IMG/VR virus record: IMGVR_UViG_3300018839_000093 | Location: 1 to 56,972 of that record | Direction: 5' to 3' (one strand) | DNA: 56,972 nt | Source of the DNA: a virus | Taxonomy: Duplodnaviria > Caudoviricetes | In this document: piece after piece, positions 1 through 8,537 of the stretch | How positions within the stretch are numbered: position 1 is the stretch's first letter | Layout of the letters: the number at the start of each line of letters is the position of its first letter | Made by a program: the position numbers and the translations under genes | Notes under the pieces: model-generated | Database searches by the model: none | The model's input: the letters and a program-made list of their open reading frames with translations, nothing else | What the model was told of the DNA's origin: nothing

Positions 1-17
1 GTAGAGGATGATAAAAT

Positions 18-389
18 ATGCCAGTTAAGCAGAGAAAGGTATTAAACTTCAATGACGAACGATTTACTCGCGTTACTAAAGTTGTTTTGGACGATAATAA
101 ATACTTGGACAAGCCCATACAGAAATTAGTTTACGCGATACTTTGTATGTATGCTGATAACGAAACAATGAAATCACACCCGAGTATTCAAACGTTAGCG
201 AAGAAATGTTGTTGCTCGGAAAATTCAATTAGATCAGCACTAAAGCGACTTGAAGAATTAGAATTAATCAGTGTAAAACGCCGAAAATATGGCGAAAAAA
301 ACTATTCAAATGAGTACACAATATGGGAGCCACCAAAATGGTTTTATGAGGGTACTTCAAATCATGAAGGAGGGTACTTCACCTCTTGA
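18..389 (+). CDS. Helix-turn-helix replication initiator-like protein (HTH_36-like)
   Basis: PSIQTLAKKCCCSENSIRSALKRLEELELI winged-HTH pattern; the ORF ends inside tandem iterons. Confidence 0.75.
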   Translation: MPVKQRKVLNFNDERFTRVTKVVLDDNKYLDKPIQKLVYAILCMYADNETMKSHPSIQTLAKKCCCSENSIRSALKRLEELELISVKRRKYGEKNYSNEYTIWEPPKWFYEGTSNHEGGYFTS

Positions 390-414
390 AGTAGGGTACT
401 TCACCATTTGAAGA
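349..414 (+). repeat. 3 x 22-bp tandem iterons, putative origin A
   Basis: AGGGTACTTCA-N5-TGAAGN at 349, 371 and 393, each with an internal CTTCA/TGAAG palindrome; followed by AT-rich TAACTAA(A)C repeats (415-460). Confidence 0.85.
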
Positions 415-588
415 CTAACTAAACTTATTTAACTAAACTATATTAACTAAACTTTAAATACTTTGCGCAAGCTATCGCATGCGCCAACTATCATACTTCC
501 GCATAATAATTTTATTTAAAATAATCTAGCGAAGAATATATCAATCTATCATATTCCGCTAATTCAAAGAAGAAAAGGAAGTGATTCA

Positions 589-729
589 ATGAAGGGATGT
601 TGCGCAGCCACCCGCGCCCAACTGGCGCAAGCCATCGACCGCCGCGCCGAAACGGAAACCAACCCGCACATCAAGGCCGGATTATTAATCGCAAAATCAA
701 TCGTTAAGGAGGAGTTATTATGTCGCTAA
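589..729 (+). CDS. Small hypothetical protein (46 aa, not in ORF track)
   Basis: AAGGAAGTGA RBS, MKGCCAATRAQLAQ...; overlaps the start of the next gene. Confidence 0.5.
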   Translation: MKGCCAATRAQLAQAIDRRAETETNPHIKAGLLIAKSIVKEELLCR

Positions 730-1025
730 ATATTCAAGTAAATTCGGAATTCAAAATCGTATCAGACCCGTACAATATCGTACTTCAACGCAAGTTTATC
801 GTTGATCCGACGAAATCGCCGAATTGGGAACGCTTAAAGGCGCAAGGTGCCGATCCTACACCGCGCGAAGAATGGCGTGATGTCGGATATTATAGCAACA
901 TAGACGCAGCAATCAACGGAATTATTGACCGTCACGTGCACGAAAGCGATGCGGATAATATCGGCGATTTGCTACGAGAAATTAAAGAATTTCGACGGGA
1001 AATTAGCGCGATAATGGGCGGTTGA
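720..1025 (+). CDS. Hypothetical phage protein (DUF5405-like)
   Basis: AAGGAGG RBS; IVSDPYNIVLQ...WRDVGYYSNID pattern common in phage early genes. Confidence 0.65.
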   Translation: MSLNIQVNSEFKIVSDPYNIVLQRKFIVDPTKSPNWERLKAQGADPTPREEWRDVGYYSNIDAAINGIIDRHVHESDADNIGDLLREIKEFRREISAIMGG

Positions 1026-1086
1026 ATATAAAACCATTCGGACGCAAAAAAAACGCGCTAAAATTAAGCGAAAGGGGTATCGTAAA

Positions 1087-1464
1087 ATGATAACGCAAAC
1101 GGAACTAAACGCAATTAAGGAACGCGCGGAAAAGGCGACGGCGGGACCGTGGCGAATTGGAATGCAATCTCCAAACGGATTAAATAACGTGGGAACGATT
1201 GGCGGACTACTTACCGCACAGACTGCGGATGAAGCTGACGCAGAATTCATCGCACATGCACGCGAAGATATTCCGCGATTAGTGGCGGAGATAGAACGAT
1301 TGAACGAGATTATTAAAAACTACGATAATACTATTCGTAATTTGGACGCTTTGGCTGGTTCGATTATATATGAGACGGAATACTACCGTTATTCGGAAAT
1401 GGTTGCGGAGAAAATAATCGGACTAATAACGGAACTAGAAAAGAAGGTTGGCGATATTGTATGA
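1087..1464 (+). CDS. Hypothetical phage protein (Ead/Ea22-like N-terminus)
   Basis: AEKATAGPW...AEFIAHAREDIPRLVAEIERL motif. Confidence 0.65.
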   Translation: MITQTELNAIKERAEKATAGPWRIGMQSPNGLNNVGTIGGLLTAQTADEADAEFIAHAREDIPRLVAEIERLNEIIKNYDNTIRNLDALAGSIIYETEYYRYSEMVAEKIIGLITELEKKVGDIV

Positions 1465-1844
1465 CGAAAATTAAATCCACCGACTGGCAATCGCTACCCA
1501 TCGCGGACTGGAACGTCGCCACCTTCCTCGCATTCATATGTGATAGAACGCGCGAGCTATATGGCGTCGAGTATGCGCCGGGCGGAAGTGGCGCAAAGCA
1601 GGCGCGGTGGAATCGCGAGCGCGGCATGCTAAAGAACGCGCAAGCACGCTATGGAAACGCCGTGCTACGCAAATTTATCGAAATATGCTGGCGCGAGTAT
1701 CGGACGAGCAAGCCCGAATTATATCCGTACCCGACCGTCACTTTTATGCTCGCCTATATGGATCGTCACTTTGCGGAGGCGCAGGCGAAGGTTGTTAGGA
1801 AGGAAAACGTTATAAATTACGAAGAATTGGAGGAATGGTTATAA
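1461..1844 (+). CDS. Conserved phage replication-region protein
   Basis: ATGA overlap with upstream gene; acidic C-terminus EELEEWL. Confidence 0.7.
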   Translation: MTKIKSTDWQSLPIADWNVATFLAFICDRTRELYGVEYAPGGSGAKQARWNRERGMLKNAQARYGNAVLRKFIEICWREYRTSKPELYPYPTVTFMLAYMDRHFAEAQAKVVRKENVINYEELEEWL

Positions 1845-2060
1845 ATGGAACTGATAAAGCTCTTCTTTAGAATATTCGGATATCTTTTATTATTAACCAT
1901 AGCATCATTGCTATCTGTGAGTTTCTTATTAGAATTAATGGAATTAGTAACTCAATTATTTCCAACTTATGGCGATGAGGTGATGAAAACAATTCTTATT
2001 ATTGGAGCAGCCGCATTGTTTTTGACAATTATGGCCGCCATGGGAACGCCTCTTAGTTGA
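1845..2060 (+). CDS. Small membrane protein (2 TM)
   Basis: Two hydrophobic stretches; AT-rich. Confidence 0.6.
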   Translation: MELIKLFFRIFGYLLLLTIASLLSVSFLLELMELVTQLFPTYGDEVMKTILIIGAAALFLTIMAAMGTPLS

Positions 2061-2168
2061 TGTGCAAAAATTATATTTAAGACAAACGATCAGGGTAAAG
2101 CTGTCTCATTATTTATTGCGATTATGGCTGATATATGATTTCCGTCATAATTTGAAGGAGGTATAGTC

Positions 2169-2270
2169 GTGATAAAATGTCCTAATTGTGGTGGGAAAAT
2201 AAAGTTTAAATCTAACGGTCATGGCAGATGTGAAGCGTGCAATACTCATATTAAAATTTTGAAATATTAA
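2169..2270 (+). CDS. 33-aa zinc-ribbon peptide (not in ORF track)
   Basis: AAGGAGG RBS, GTG start, MIKCPNCGG...CEAC. Confidence 0.55.
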   Translation: MIKCPNCGGKIKFKSNGHGRCEACNTHIKILKY

Positions 2271-2284
2271 AGGGAGGAATCCAA

Positions 2285-2962
2285 ATGAGCGGGATTGTAC
2301 TAAAGTCTTTGTCAGACGAAATGTTAGAGGAGTTGCTACGGGATATTCAAGCGGAAATTAAGCAACGTTCATATAACGCAGGTTATTCGCAAGGAAAATT
2401 CGACGTTAAGGCATATGAAAATTTAGTTGGAACATTACCGGCATTTTCTTATCCTTCGCAACAAAGACGCGATGAAATCATCGAGCAGGCAAAGCGAGAT
2501 GTTTCGGAATTAATGCGAGACGCAGAAAGCGACCAGAAGGTATGTCGAGGAAATAAAACCATGCGACATTTTACGAACCGAGTCGAGTTCGTCGTTAACA
2601 AGGAAAAGCGAACGGTTGTTGCATTAGTTTTCGGTAAGTATCCGAGCGTCTACAACGAATTACGCGAAAGAGGAATCGCCAAATGTGCGCCGCAAGATTG
2701 CTTTAACGTCCATATCGGCAAAGCGATTGCGTTAAGAAGGGCACTAGGGCTCGAAGTACCGGAGGAATATCTGAACGCGCCACAGCCGACAGAAGTGCGA
2801 GTTGGGGATAAGGTAGAATTTGAATCACCCTTAGGAGAAATAAAATGTAGGGCAGTAAGTAGATTCGGAACAGATCGATATGAATTCGCCAGTGGTACTT
2901 GGCTACCAGACTATTACGAATTAAAAATAATCGACGACTCGCGCGAAGGGGTGGCGGAATGA
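2285..2962 (+). CDS. Hypothetical phage protein
   Basis: GGAGG RBS; GIAKCAPQDCFNVHIGKAIALRRALG motif typical of Bacillus phage proteins. Confidence 0.75.
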   Translation: MSGIVLKSLSDEMLEELLRDIQAEIKQRSYNAGYSQGKFDVKAYENLVGTLPAFSYPSQQRRDEIIEQAKRDVSELMRDAESDQKVCRGNKTMRHFTNRVEFVVNKEKRTVVALVFGKYPSVYNELRERGIAKCAPQDCFNVHIGKAIALRRALGLEVPEEYLNAPQPTEVRVGDKVEFESPLGEIKCRAVSRFGTDRYEFASGTWLPDYYELKIIDDSREGVAE

Positions 2963-3213
2963 GAATCGTAGTAGATAACACGGCAGCAAAACCTAGCTTG
3001 CGCGGATTGACGTGGGGTAGTCCGGAATTTGTCGCGATTGCAAAGGCGGCAGAGGAGGAAGGCAAGCAAGACGATCATTTTATCCGTATGGTTGACGAAG
3101 TTTGTACGATGGTAAACGAAATAAATATTTCAGCAGTCGGGTACGAAAATTGTCGCTATAAATTAAAAGAGGCGTTCGACTTTTACGAGGAGTGTGACTG
3201 CGAATGCTACTGA
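2959..3213 (+). CDS. Hypothetical protein
   Basis: ATGA coupling to upstream gene; start reassigned to 2959. Confidence 0.6.
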   Translation: MRIVVDNTAAKPSLRGLTWGSPEFVAIAKAAEEEGKQDDHFIRMVDEVCTMVNEINISAVGYENCRYKLKEAFDFYEECDCECY

Positions 3214-3386
3214 CGCAAGCCATACACGCATTAGTCGACGGCGCGCCCGCAATTGTAAGCGTAATAGGCAAACGCTATACGATTGCGGAACTTGCACCGA
3301 AAAAGCTAGGCGATCATGTGGCGGTATTTAATGATGTCGGCATGAAGAAAGAAGAAATGAAAGGAGATTGGATAGTGTGCAATTAG
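3204..3386 (+). CDS. Hypothetical protein
   Basis: GAGGAG RBS, in operon. Confidence 0.55.
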   Translation: MLLTQAIHALVDGAPAIVSVIGKRYTIAELAPKKLGDHVAVFNDVGMKKEEMKGDWIVCN

Positions 3387-3563
3387 TTGCGATGATTATT
3401 TATGCAGTCATTATTGCGGTCCCCGTATGTTTAATTATTGACGCAAACGACGTAGAGACGGTATTAATTGCAGTTCTTAGTTCTCTTATCGGTGGGATAT
3501 TATCGGCATTTTATCCATCAAATAACGAGAAAGTATGCTGAAAATTACGGAGGTGAATCGCAA

Positions 3564-4325
3564 ATGACAACGAACGAACAACGCTGCCTGCTCGCAAGCC
3601 GTTGCAAATTAGCGGGCGGAAGCGCGTGCCATAGCCAATGCGCGCATTTCGTCGCGCTGCACGGCATGAGCGGAACGGGCGGACGGTCAGGCGCCGCCAA
3701 TCTACCGCGCGACTACCGGCTTGTCAATGCGCAAAACTCACCCGCGCGAGCAAGCCAAGCGGAAGTTTATCGCATGGTTGACGCTTATATAAAAACGTTC
3801 GAGCGCCAATTTGACGATAATGCGTCCCGCATCAAGTCGCTTTATCTTTACTCGGAATCGCCGGGTACGGGCAAGACGACGACCGCCTGCGCCATATTAA
3901 ACGAATGGATCGTGGCGCATTATCTAGGCAGTTTAAAGCGAGGCTTGCAGCCATTGCAGGTGCCGGCATTTTTGCTCGACGTAAACGAGTGGCAGACGCT
4001 ATATAACGAATTTAATCGCGCCAATGTGCCGTCCGACATTGCCGAGCGGGCAAGCCGTGAATATTATCGGCAAATGCAAAGCGCCAAGCAAGCGCCTTTT
4101 GTCGTGCTTGACGATATAGGCGTGCGGACGGCGACGGAAGGATTCCGCGGAGATTTGCACAGCGTGATTAATGCGCGTGTAACGAACGGAATGCCGACGA
4201 TTTATACGTCCAATTTAGCGATTGAGGATATGGCGCGGATATTTGACGCAAGGCTATACGATAGGATGCGCGACATGTGTGTCGTGTTGGAATTCGGAGG
4301 CGAAAGTCGGAGGGGGAGACGTTGA
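3564..4325 (+). CDS. DnaC/IstB-like helicase loader ATPase
   Basis: N-terminal Cys/His cluster, Walker A SESPGTGKT, Walker B VVLDDIG, IYTSN, RLYDR; GGAGGTGA RBS before ATG 3564. Confidence 0.88.
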   Translation: MTTNEQRCLLASRCKLAGGSACHSQCAHFVALHGMSGTGGRSGAANLPRDYRLVNAQNSPARASQAEVYRMVDAYIKTFERQFDDNASRIKSLYLYSESPGTGKTTTACAILNEWIVAHYLGSLKRGLQPLQVPAFLLDVNEWQTLYNEFNRANVPSDIAERASREYYRQMQSAKQAPFVVLDDIGVRTATEGFRGDLHSVINARVTNGMPTIYTSNLAIEDMARIFDARLYDRMRDMCVVLEFGGESRRGRR

Positions 4326-4507
4326 TGGAAGCGGAAATAGCGGAGTTATTAAAGAATAACGGATATTCCGTTGTAAATACAGTTAACGTTTGGTCGAACG
4401 GTCGTAAAATTCGGAGATACTCGGGACAAGACGAACAAAGCGTTTGGCATAATCCGAAAGACGGTTACCGCAAAATGGTCGCAATTTTAGTTGAGGTGCC
4501 GAAATGA
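4325..4507 (+). CDS. Hypothetical protein
   Basis: GGAGGGGG RBS, coupled start. Confidence 0.5.
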   Translation: MEAEIAELLKNNGYSVVNTVNVWSNGRKIRRYSGQDEQSVWHNPKDGYRKMVAILVEVPK

Positions 4508-4965
4508 CCGCCCGCCAATTCAAATTCGGCGACCTCGTCCGCGTTGCCGGATATGACGAGCGTATATTTCAAATTGACGGATGGCGCGTTGAACATTATT
4601 ACTATCCGGACGCAGAATGGACGGAGCATGTTTTCGAATTAACGGACGTGCATAGCGCGGAATGTCTCGAGGCGGACGAGGAGGACTTGGAATTAGTAGA
4701 AAAGGCGGAAAAGGCGGCGGAATATATGGCGAAAGTGAAGGGCGGTGAGGGGCCGATGTTAATATTCGATTTTAGCGGAGGCGGAAGGCAATCGCGAGTA
4801 TCGCCCGAGATTGAGCGGTTTAATAAGGCGCGGGAACGTGAACGCAAGGTGAACGAATTGCTGGACGAACGGAATGATGTACGGATTTTGCACGAAATGT
4901 TTGGCGACGATCAGTATAAAAGGCGTATTGAGGAAATTGATAAGGAGTTGCGGAGTGTAGAGTAG
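4504..4965 (+). CDS. YodN-like hypothetical protein
   Basis: FKFGDLVRV N-terminus and VNELLDERND...FGDDQY C-terminus. Confidence 0.6.
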   Translation: MTARQFKFGDLVRVAGYDERIFQIDGWRVEHYYYPDAEWTEHVFELTDVHSAECLEADEEDLELVEKAEKAAEYMAKVKGGEGPMLIFDFSGGGRQSRVSPEIERFNKARERERKVNELLDERNDVRILHEMFGDDQYKRRIEEIDKELRSVE

Positions 4966-4988
4966 AACGAAATTACGAAGGAGTGGGT

Positions 4989-5141
4989 ATGGAAATGGGT
5001 TATCATGTTTACGACCACAGAACAGGAGAAATTTTGTTTTCAAGTGAAGATGACCTGCAATGTATTCATTTTATGAATGAGGTTTACAAAAAAGATGAAG
5101 AACTAGCAGAACATATTTGGTTGAAGGAAATTACTGCGTAG
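4989..5141 (+). CDS. 50-aa AT-rich cassette gene (not in ORF track)
   Basis: AAGGAG RBS; MEMGYHVYDHRTGEILFSSEDD...; bracketed by conserved motifs. Confidence 0.6.
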   Translation: MEMGYHVYDHRTGEILFSSEDDLQCIHFMNEVYKKDEELAEHIWLKEITA

Positions 5142-5234
5142 TCCGACCTTACAGAGTTGAACGAAAATACAAATCAAATACAACGGAAGTTATAGGACTG
5201 TGTAAGCCATAAGTAAAAGATAGGAGGTGTCTGC

Positions 5235-5450
5235 ATGTCACGTATATATGAATTAATTAGAAGAAAACCTAACAGATGGGGAAACATCACTATAAAAGAA
5301 TTTGAAAGAGATATAAAATTACTACAAGAGACATGCCGTATTTATGAGGATGCTTTAAGAGAGATTGACACACATATAAGATCCACCGAAAAACCAGTAA
5401 AATATATAATTGAAACATTAAAGTCTGTTCTACCTGAATATAAAAATTAA
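5235..5450 (+). CDS. AT-rich hypothetical cassette gene
   Basis: AGGAGGTG RBS; bracketed by the same motifs. Confidence 0.65.
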   Translation: MSRIYELIRRKPNRWGNITIKEFERDIKLLQETCRIYEDALREIDTHIRSTEKPVKYIIETLKSVLPEYKN

Positions 5451-5519
5451 TAAACCAAAATAAAATCATAGTTCGATCTTTTCGCGTAACAAAATTAATT
5501 CAACGGAGGTGTAGACGAA

Positions 5520-6875
5520 TTGCACTACGGTCAAATGTTACTATCGAAAATAATCGACCAAAACGACGTCCAAGCGCTCAAGCGATACGCCATTGATGAG
5601 GCGCATTTCACGACGGAAGGCGAACGCGAGGTATTCCGCTTTATTCAGTCCTATGCGCAAGCAAACGGCGGACAAGCGCCCGACTTCCGAACAGTCGTCG
5701 CGGAATGTAGCGCGTTCGATTATCAGCCGAACGTCGAGGATTCTTACGAATTTTTGGCGCGCCAAGTAAAAGAGCATGCCGCCAAGCAAGAATACGTCGA
5801 ACTTTTTAGCGGTGATCGTGCGGAAGCTGTCCGACGTTTTGAGACGGAAAAAGATTTTAAAAAATATATAGAGTGGTTGACGGACGAACTAGAACGTATT
5901 AAAATAAGAACAGATGTTCGTAAAACAGTCGGAACAGATTTGCAGACGATCGGCGAAAAGTTCCTATCGGAATACGAACGGCGCAAAGAAGGCGAATCAT
6001 TCCGTTTATGGAAATCGAAATTCCGCTTTATTAACGAATCCGTCGGCGGTTATATCAGCGGAAATTTATACGTGCCTTACGGAAAGAGCGGCCGCGGTAA
6101 GTCCGTATTCACGTTGGAGGAAGCAATTGAAGCCGCCATGCAAGGCGCGAATGTGCTGATTTGGGCGATGGAAATGCCGTGGTTCGAGGTATGGGTGCGT
6201 ATATTTACGAGCATTAGCGGACGTCAAGGCATCACGACCGCCAATATGCACGGCATGGATTTGACCGCAGGCTTTGACGCAACGGAAATCCGTCATGGCA
6301 AGCTATCGGCTGAATTCGAAACGGCTTTTCGTTATTTTGTCGAGAATATTAACGAGCAAATCGCGGGCAATATTACGGTGCGGGCGGTCGACGACGAGGA
6401 CTTTAATTTGCGAACATTGAAGGCTTTAGAGGCGGATATTCTAACGACGAATGCGGACGTGGTCGTGATTGATCCGTTTTATTACCTCGACTATGAGCGG
6501 AACACGAGTAAGACGACGGGCGGCGATGCGGCAGAAACCAGCAAGAAATTGCGCAGGCTGGCTGGGCGCACGCAGACGGTAATTTTTGCGATTACGCAGG
6601 CGGACGAAGGGCGCGAAGATAAGGACGAGGACGGCAATCGCGAATTAAAATTGCCTGCGCGTGAGGACGTCAAGAAAACGAAGCAACTGCTCGAGGATGC
6701 GTATTTATTAATCGGCGTCGATACGGACTATAAGCAAGGGCGCGGGCTTATCGGACTTAATAAAGGGCGCGATGGTGGTGAAGGGATATCGGGCGAAATC
6801 CTTTATATTCCGCAGGTAGGAATCGTGCGTGAGCCGGAAACGGGCGAGCAGGCGATTAGCCAATTCGAGTTTTAA
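5520..6875 (+). CDS. Replicative DNA helicase (DnaB-like, SF4)
   Basis: Walker A GKSGRGKS, AMEM, VVVIDPFY, ITQ, LNKGRDG. Confidence 0.92.
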   Translation: MHYGQMLLSKIIDQNDVQALKRYAIDEAHFTTEGEREVFRFIQSYAQANGGQAPDFRTVVAECSAFDYQPNVEDSYEFLARQVKEHAAKQEYVELFSGDRAEAVRRFETEKDFKKYIEWLTDELERIKIRTDVRKTVGTDLQTIGEKFLSEYERRKEGESFRLWKSKFRFINESVGGYISGNLYVPYGKSGRGKSVFTLEEAIEAAMQGANVLIWAMEMPWFEVWVRIFTSISGRQGITTANMHGMDLTAGFDATEIRHGKLSAEFETAFRYFVENINEQIAGNITVRAVDDEDFNLRTLKALEADILTTNADVVVIDPFYYLDYERNTSKTTGGDAAETSKKLRRLAGRTQTVIFAITQADEGREDKDEDGNRELKLPAREDVKKTKQLLEDAYLLIGVDTDYKQGRGLIGLNKGRDGGEGISGEILYIPQVGIVREPETGEQAISQFEF

Positions 6876-6906
6876 AACGCACGCTTGTGCGATATATTAA
6901 AGAATA

Positions 6907-6991
6907 TTTGACAGTATTCGACAAAATAACCCCATTTACACCGAATATTTACAAGCGTAATATTAACGTTATAAGAGGAGGAAATTCGACA
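6907..6991 (+). promoter_or_regulatory. Primase promoter region with Spo0A-box matches
   Basis: TTTGACA 6907, TTCGACA 6917 and TTCGACA 6985 (0A box is TGTCGAA on the other strand). Confidence 0.55.
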
Positions 6992-6992
6992 A

Positions 6993-7946
6993 ATGGACTA
7001 TTATATTGACGTCGAAGCCGAACTTCGCGAATTTGAATGGACTCGCCCGCGCTGGACCTCCGACAAACTAATCGCCGCATCACCTTTTCGCTACGACAAA
7101 ACGCCATCCTTTTTTGTCCGACTCGCACCGCATGGCAAATTTCCAGCCGGCACTTGGGCGGATAGCGGCGCATACGACAATGAATGGCGAAGCGGCAACT
7201 TCGTCAAGCTATTGGCGTTTTTGCGGAACGAAAGCTACGAGGAAACGGAAGAATATCTGCGGACAAAATACGCGCCACGTTTCGATGGTTCAATCGCATT
7301 TATTCCGCCACGATTCCGAATTGAGCGTGCTAGGCAGGCGCTTAATCTCGATATAAGTCCGGTTATATCCGATTATTTAATTAATAGAGGAATAAGCGAA
7401 GAAGTACAGCGCATGTTTGGCGTAGGCTATGACGCGGCACAAAAGGCAATCATCTTGCCGTGGCGTTTAGCCGACGGACGCCTAGCCAACGTCAAATATC
7501 GCAAAACTTTCGGCAAGGCGTTTTGGTACGAGCGCGACGGTTGGCCTATCCGCGAGTTAGTTTTCGGTATTAATTTATTTTATTATTGTAAACGTTCCCA
7601 AGCGGTCATATGCGAGGCGGAAATTGATGCGCTATCCTTTTGGACGGCAGGCATACCGGCCATAGCGATCGGCGGCGCGACATTTAATGAAATGAAGCGT
7701 GACATAATCTTGCGGTCGCCAATCGAGGAATTAATAATTGCGACGGATAACGATAAGGCGGGCGAGCGATTGCGGGCGGAAATTGAACGAATGATGAAGG
7801 GGCGAATGCGGTTGAAGAACGCGAGAATCGAAGGCGGATGGAAAGACGCGAATGAGGCGTTAATAAAAGGCGGAATCGAGCCGTTAAAGCGGGCGGTTGA
7901 GCAGGCAAAAAGTTGCCGAGTTTTTACGTCATTTGCGCCGCGGTAA
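6993..7946 (+). CDS. DNA primase (TOPRIM domain)
   Basis: SPFRYDKTPSF, YLINRGI, ICEAEIDALS, IATDNDKAG, KDANE. Confidence 0.9.
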   Translation: MDYYIDVEAELREFEWTRPRWTSDKLIAASPFRYDKTPSFFVRLAPHGKFPAGTWADSGAYDNEWRSGNFVKLLAFLRNESYEETEEYLRTKYAPRFDGSIAFIPPRFRIERARQALNLDISPVISDYLINRGISEEVQRMFGVGYDAAQKAIILPWRLADGRLANVKYRKTFGKAFWYERDGWPIRELVFGINLFYYCKRSQAVICEAEIDALSFWTAGIPAIAIGGATFNEMKRDIILRSPIEELIIATDNDKAGERLRAEIERMMKGRMRLKNARIEGGWKDANEALIKGGIEPLKRAVEQAKSCRVFTSFAPR

Positions 7947-7954
7947 GCCGAATA

Positions 7955-8185
7955 TTACTTACCGTTTTTAGCGTCAACCCATTCGTAAAGGTCCTCAATC
8001 GTACAGCGAAGGACGTCGGCGATGTTTTTAGCGTGTTGTAAGCGCATGACGTAACGGTTGTTAGCGTAGTCGGTTATTTGTTGGCGTGGTATGCCGACGC
8101 GATCCGCTAACTCCGTTTGCGTTAAACGGCGCTGTGCGAGGAGTTCCTTTAGACGGCATTTACCCGGCTTTAACGTCGAAACCAC
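7955..8185 (-). CDS. XRE-family HTH transcriptional regulator
   Basis: LTQTELADRVGIPRQQITDYANN...CTIEDLY; start codon uncertain (see findings). Confidence 0.85.
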   Translation of the reverse strand: MVSTLKPGKCRLKELLAQRRLTQTELADRVGIPRQQITDYANNRYVMRLQHAKNIADVLRCTIEDLYEWVDAKNGK

Positions 8186-8205
8186 CTCTTTTGTGCAATA
8201 TTAAG

Positions 8206-8406
8206 TTATTTTATTTTTATACGAACGACTTCTTCTATCGGAACTTGTAATGCAATACAGATACGTTCAATTTTTTCTAGTGGTATGGATTCGTTTTTAT
8301 TGATTTTAGCAATAGTTCTCGGATGAATGCCATATTCTCTTAAAGCACTTATAACCAACGATTTCTTTTTTAGCGTATCTTTTAAAGGTTCGTAACTAAT
8401 ACCCAT
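8206..8406 (-). CDS. XRE/Cro-like HTH regulator, candidate repressor
   Basis: ISYEPL...IHPRTIAKINKNE...IERICIALQVPIEEVV; divergent from aimR. Confidence 0.85.
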   Translation of the reverse strand: MGISYEPLKDTLKKKSLVISALREYGIHPRTIAKINKNESIPLEKIERICIALQVPIEEVVRIKIK

Positions 8407-8434
8407 AAAAATCTCCTACTTTTTATTAGAATTT

Positions 8435-8452
8435 TGTTCCACTTTTGGAACA
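8435..8452. promoter_or_regulatory. Palindromic operator TGTTCCA-N4-TGGAACA
   Basis: Perfect 7-bp inverted repeat in the divergent xre/aimR gap, just upstream of TATAAT; near-copy at 9880. Confidence 0.7.
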
Positions 8453-8537
8453 TTTGTGTTATAATCATGTTAACGAACCAGACAAATATACCACACCTTA
8501 ATTAAAATTACTAAATTATAGGAAAATATTCAAGGGG

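Noticed and set aside
349-414. Repeats (also 31963-32024) as a CRISPR array
   Set aside because: Repeats are contiguous with no unique spacers and there is no cas operon; they fit iterons
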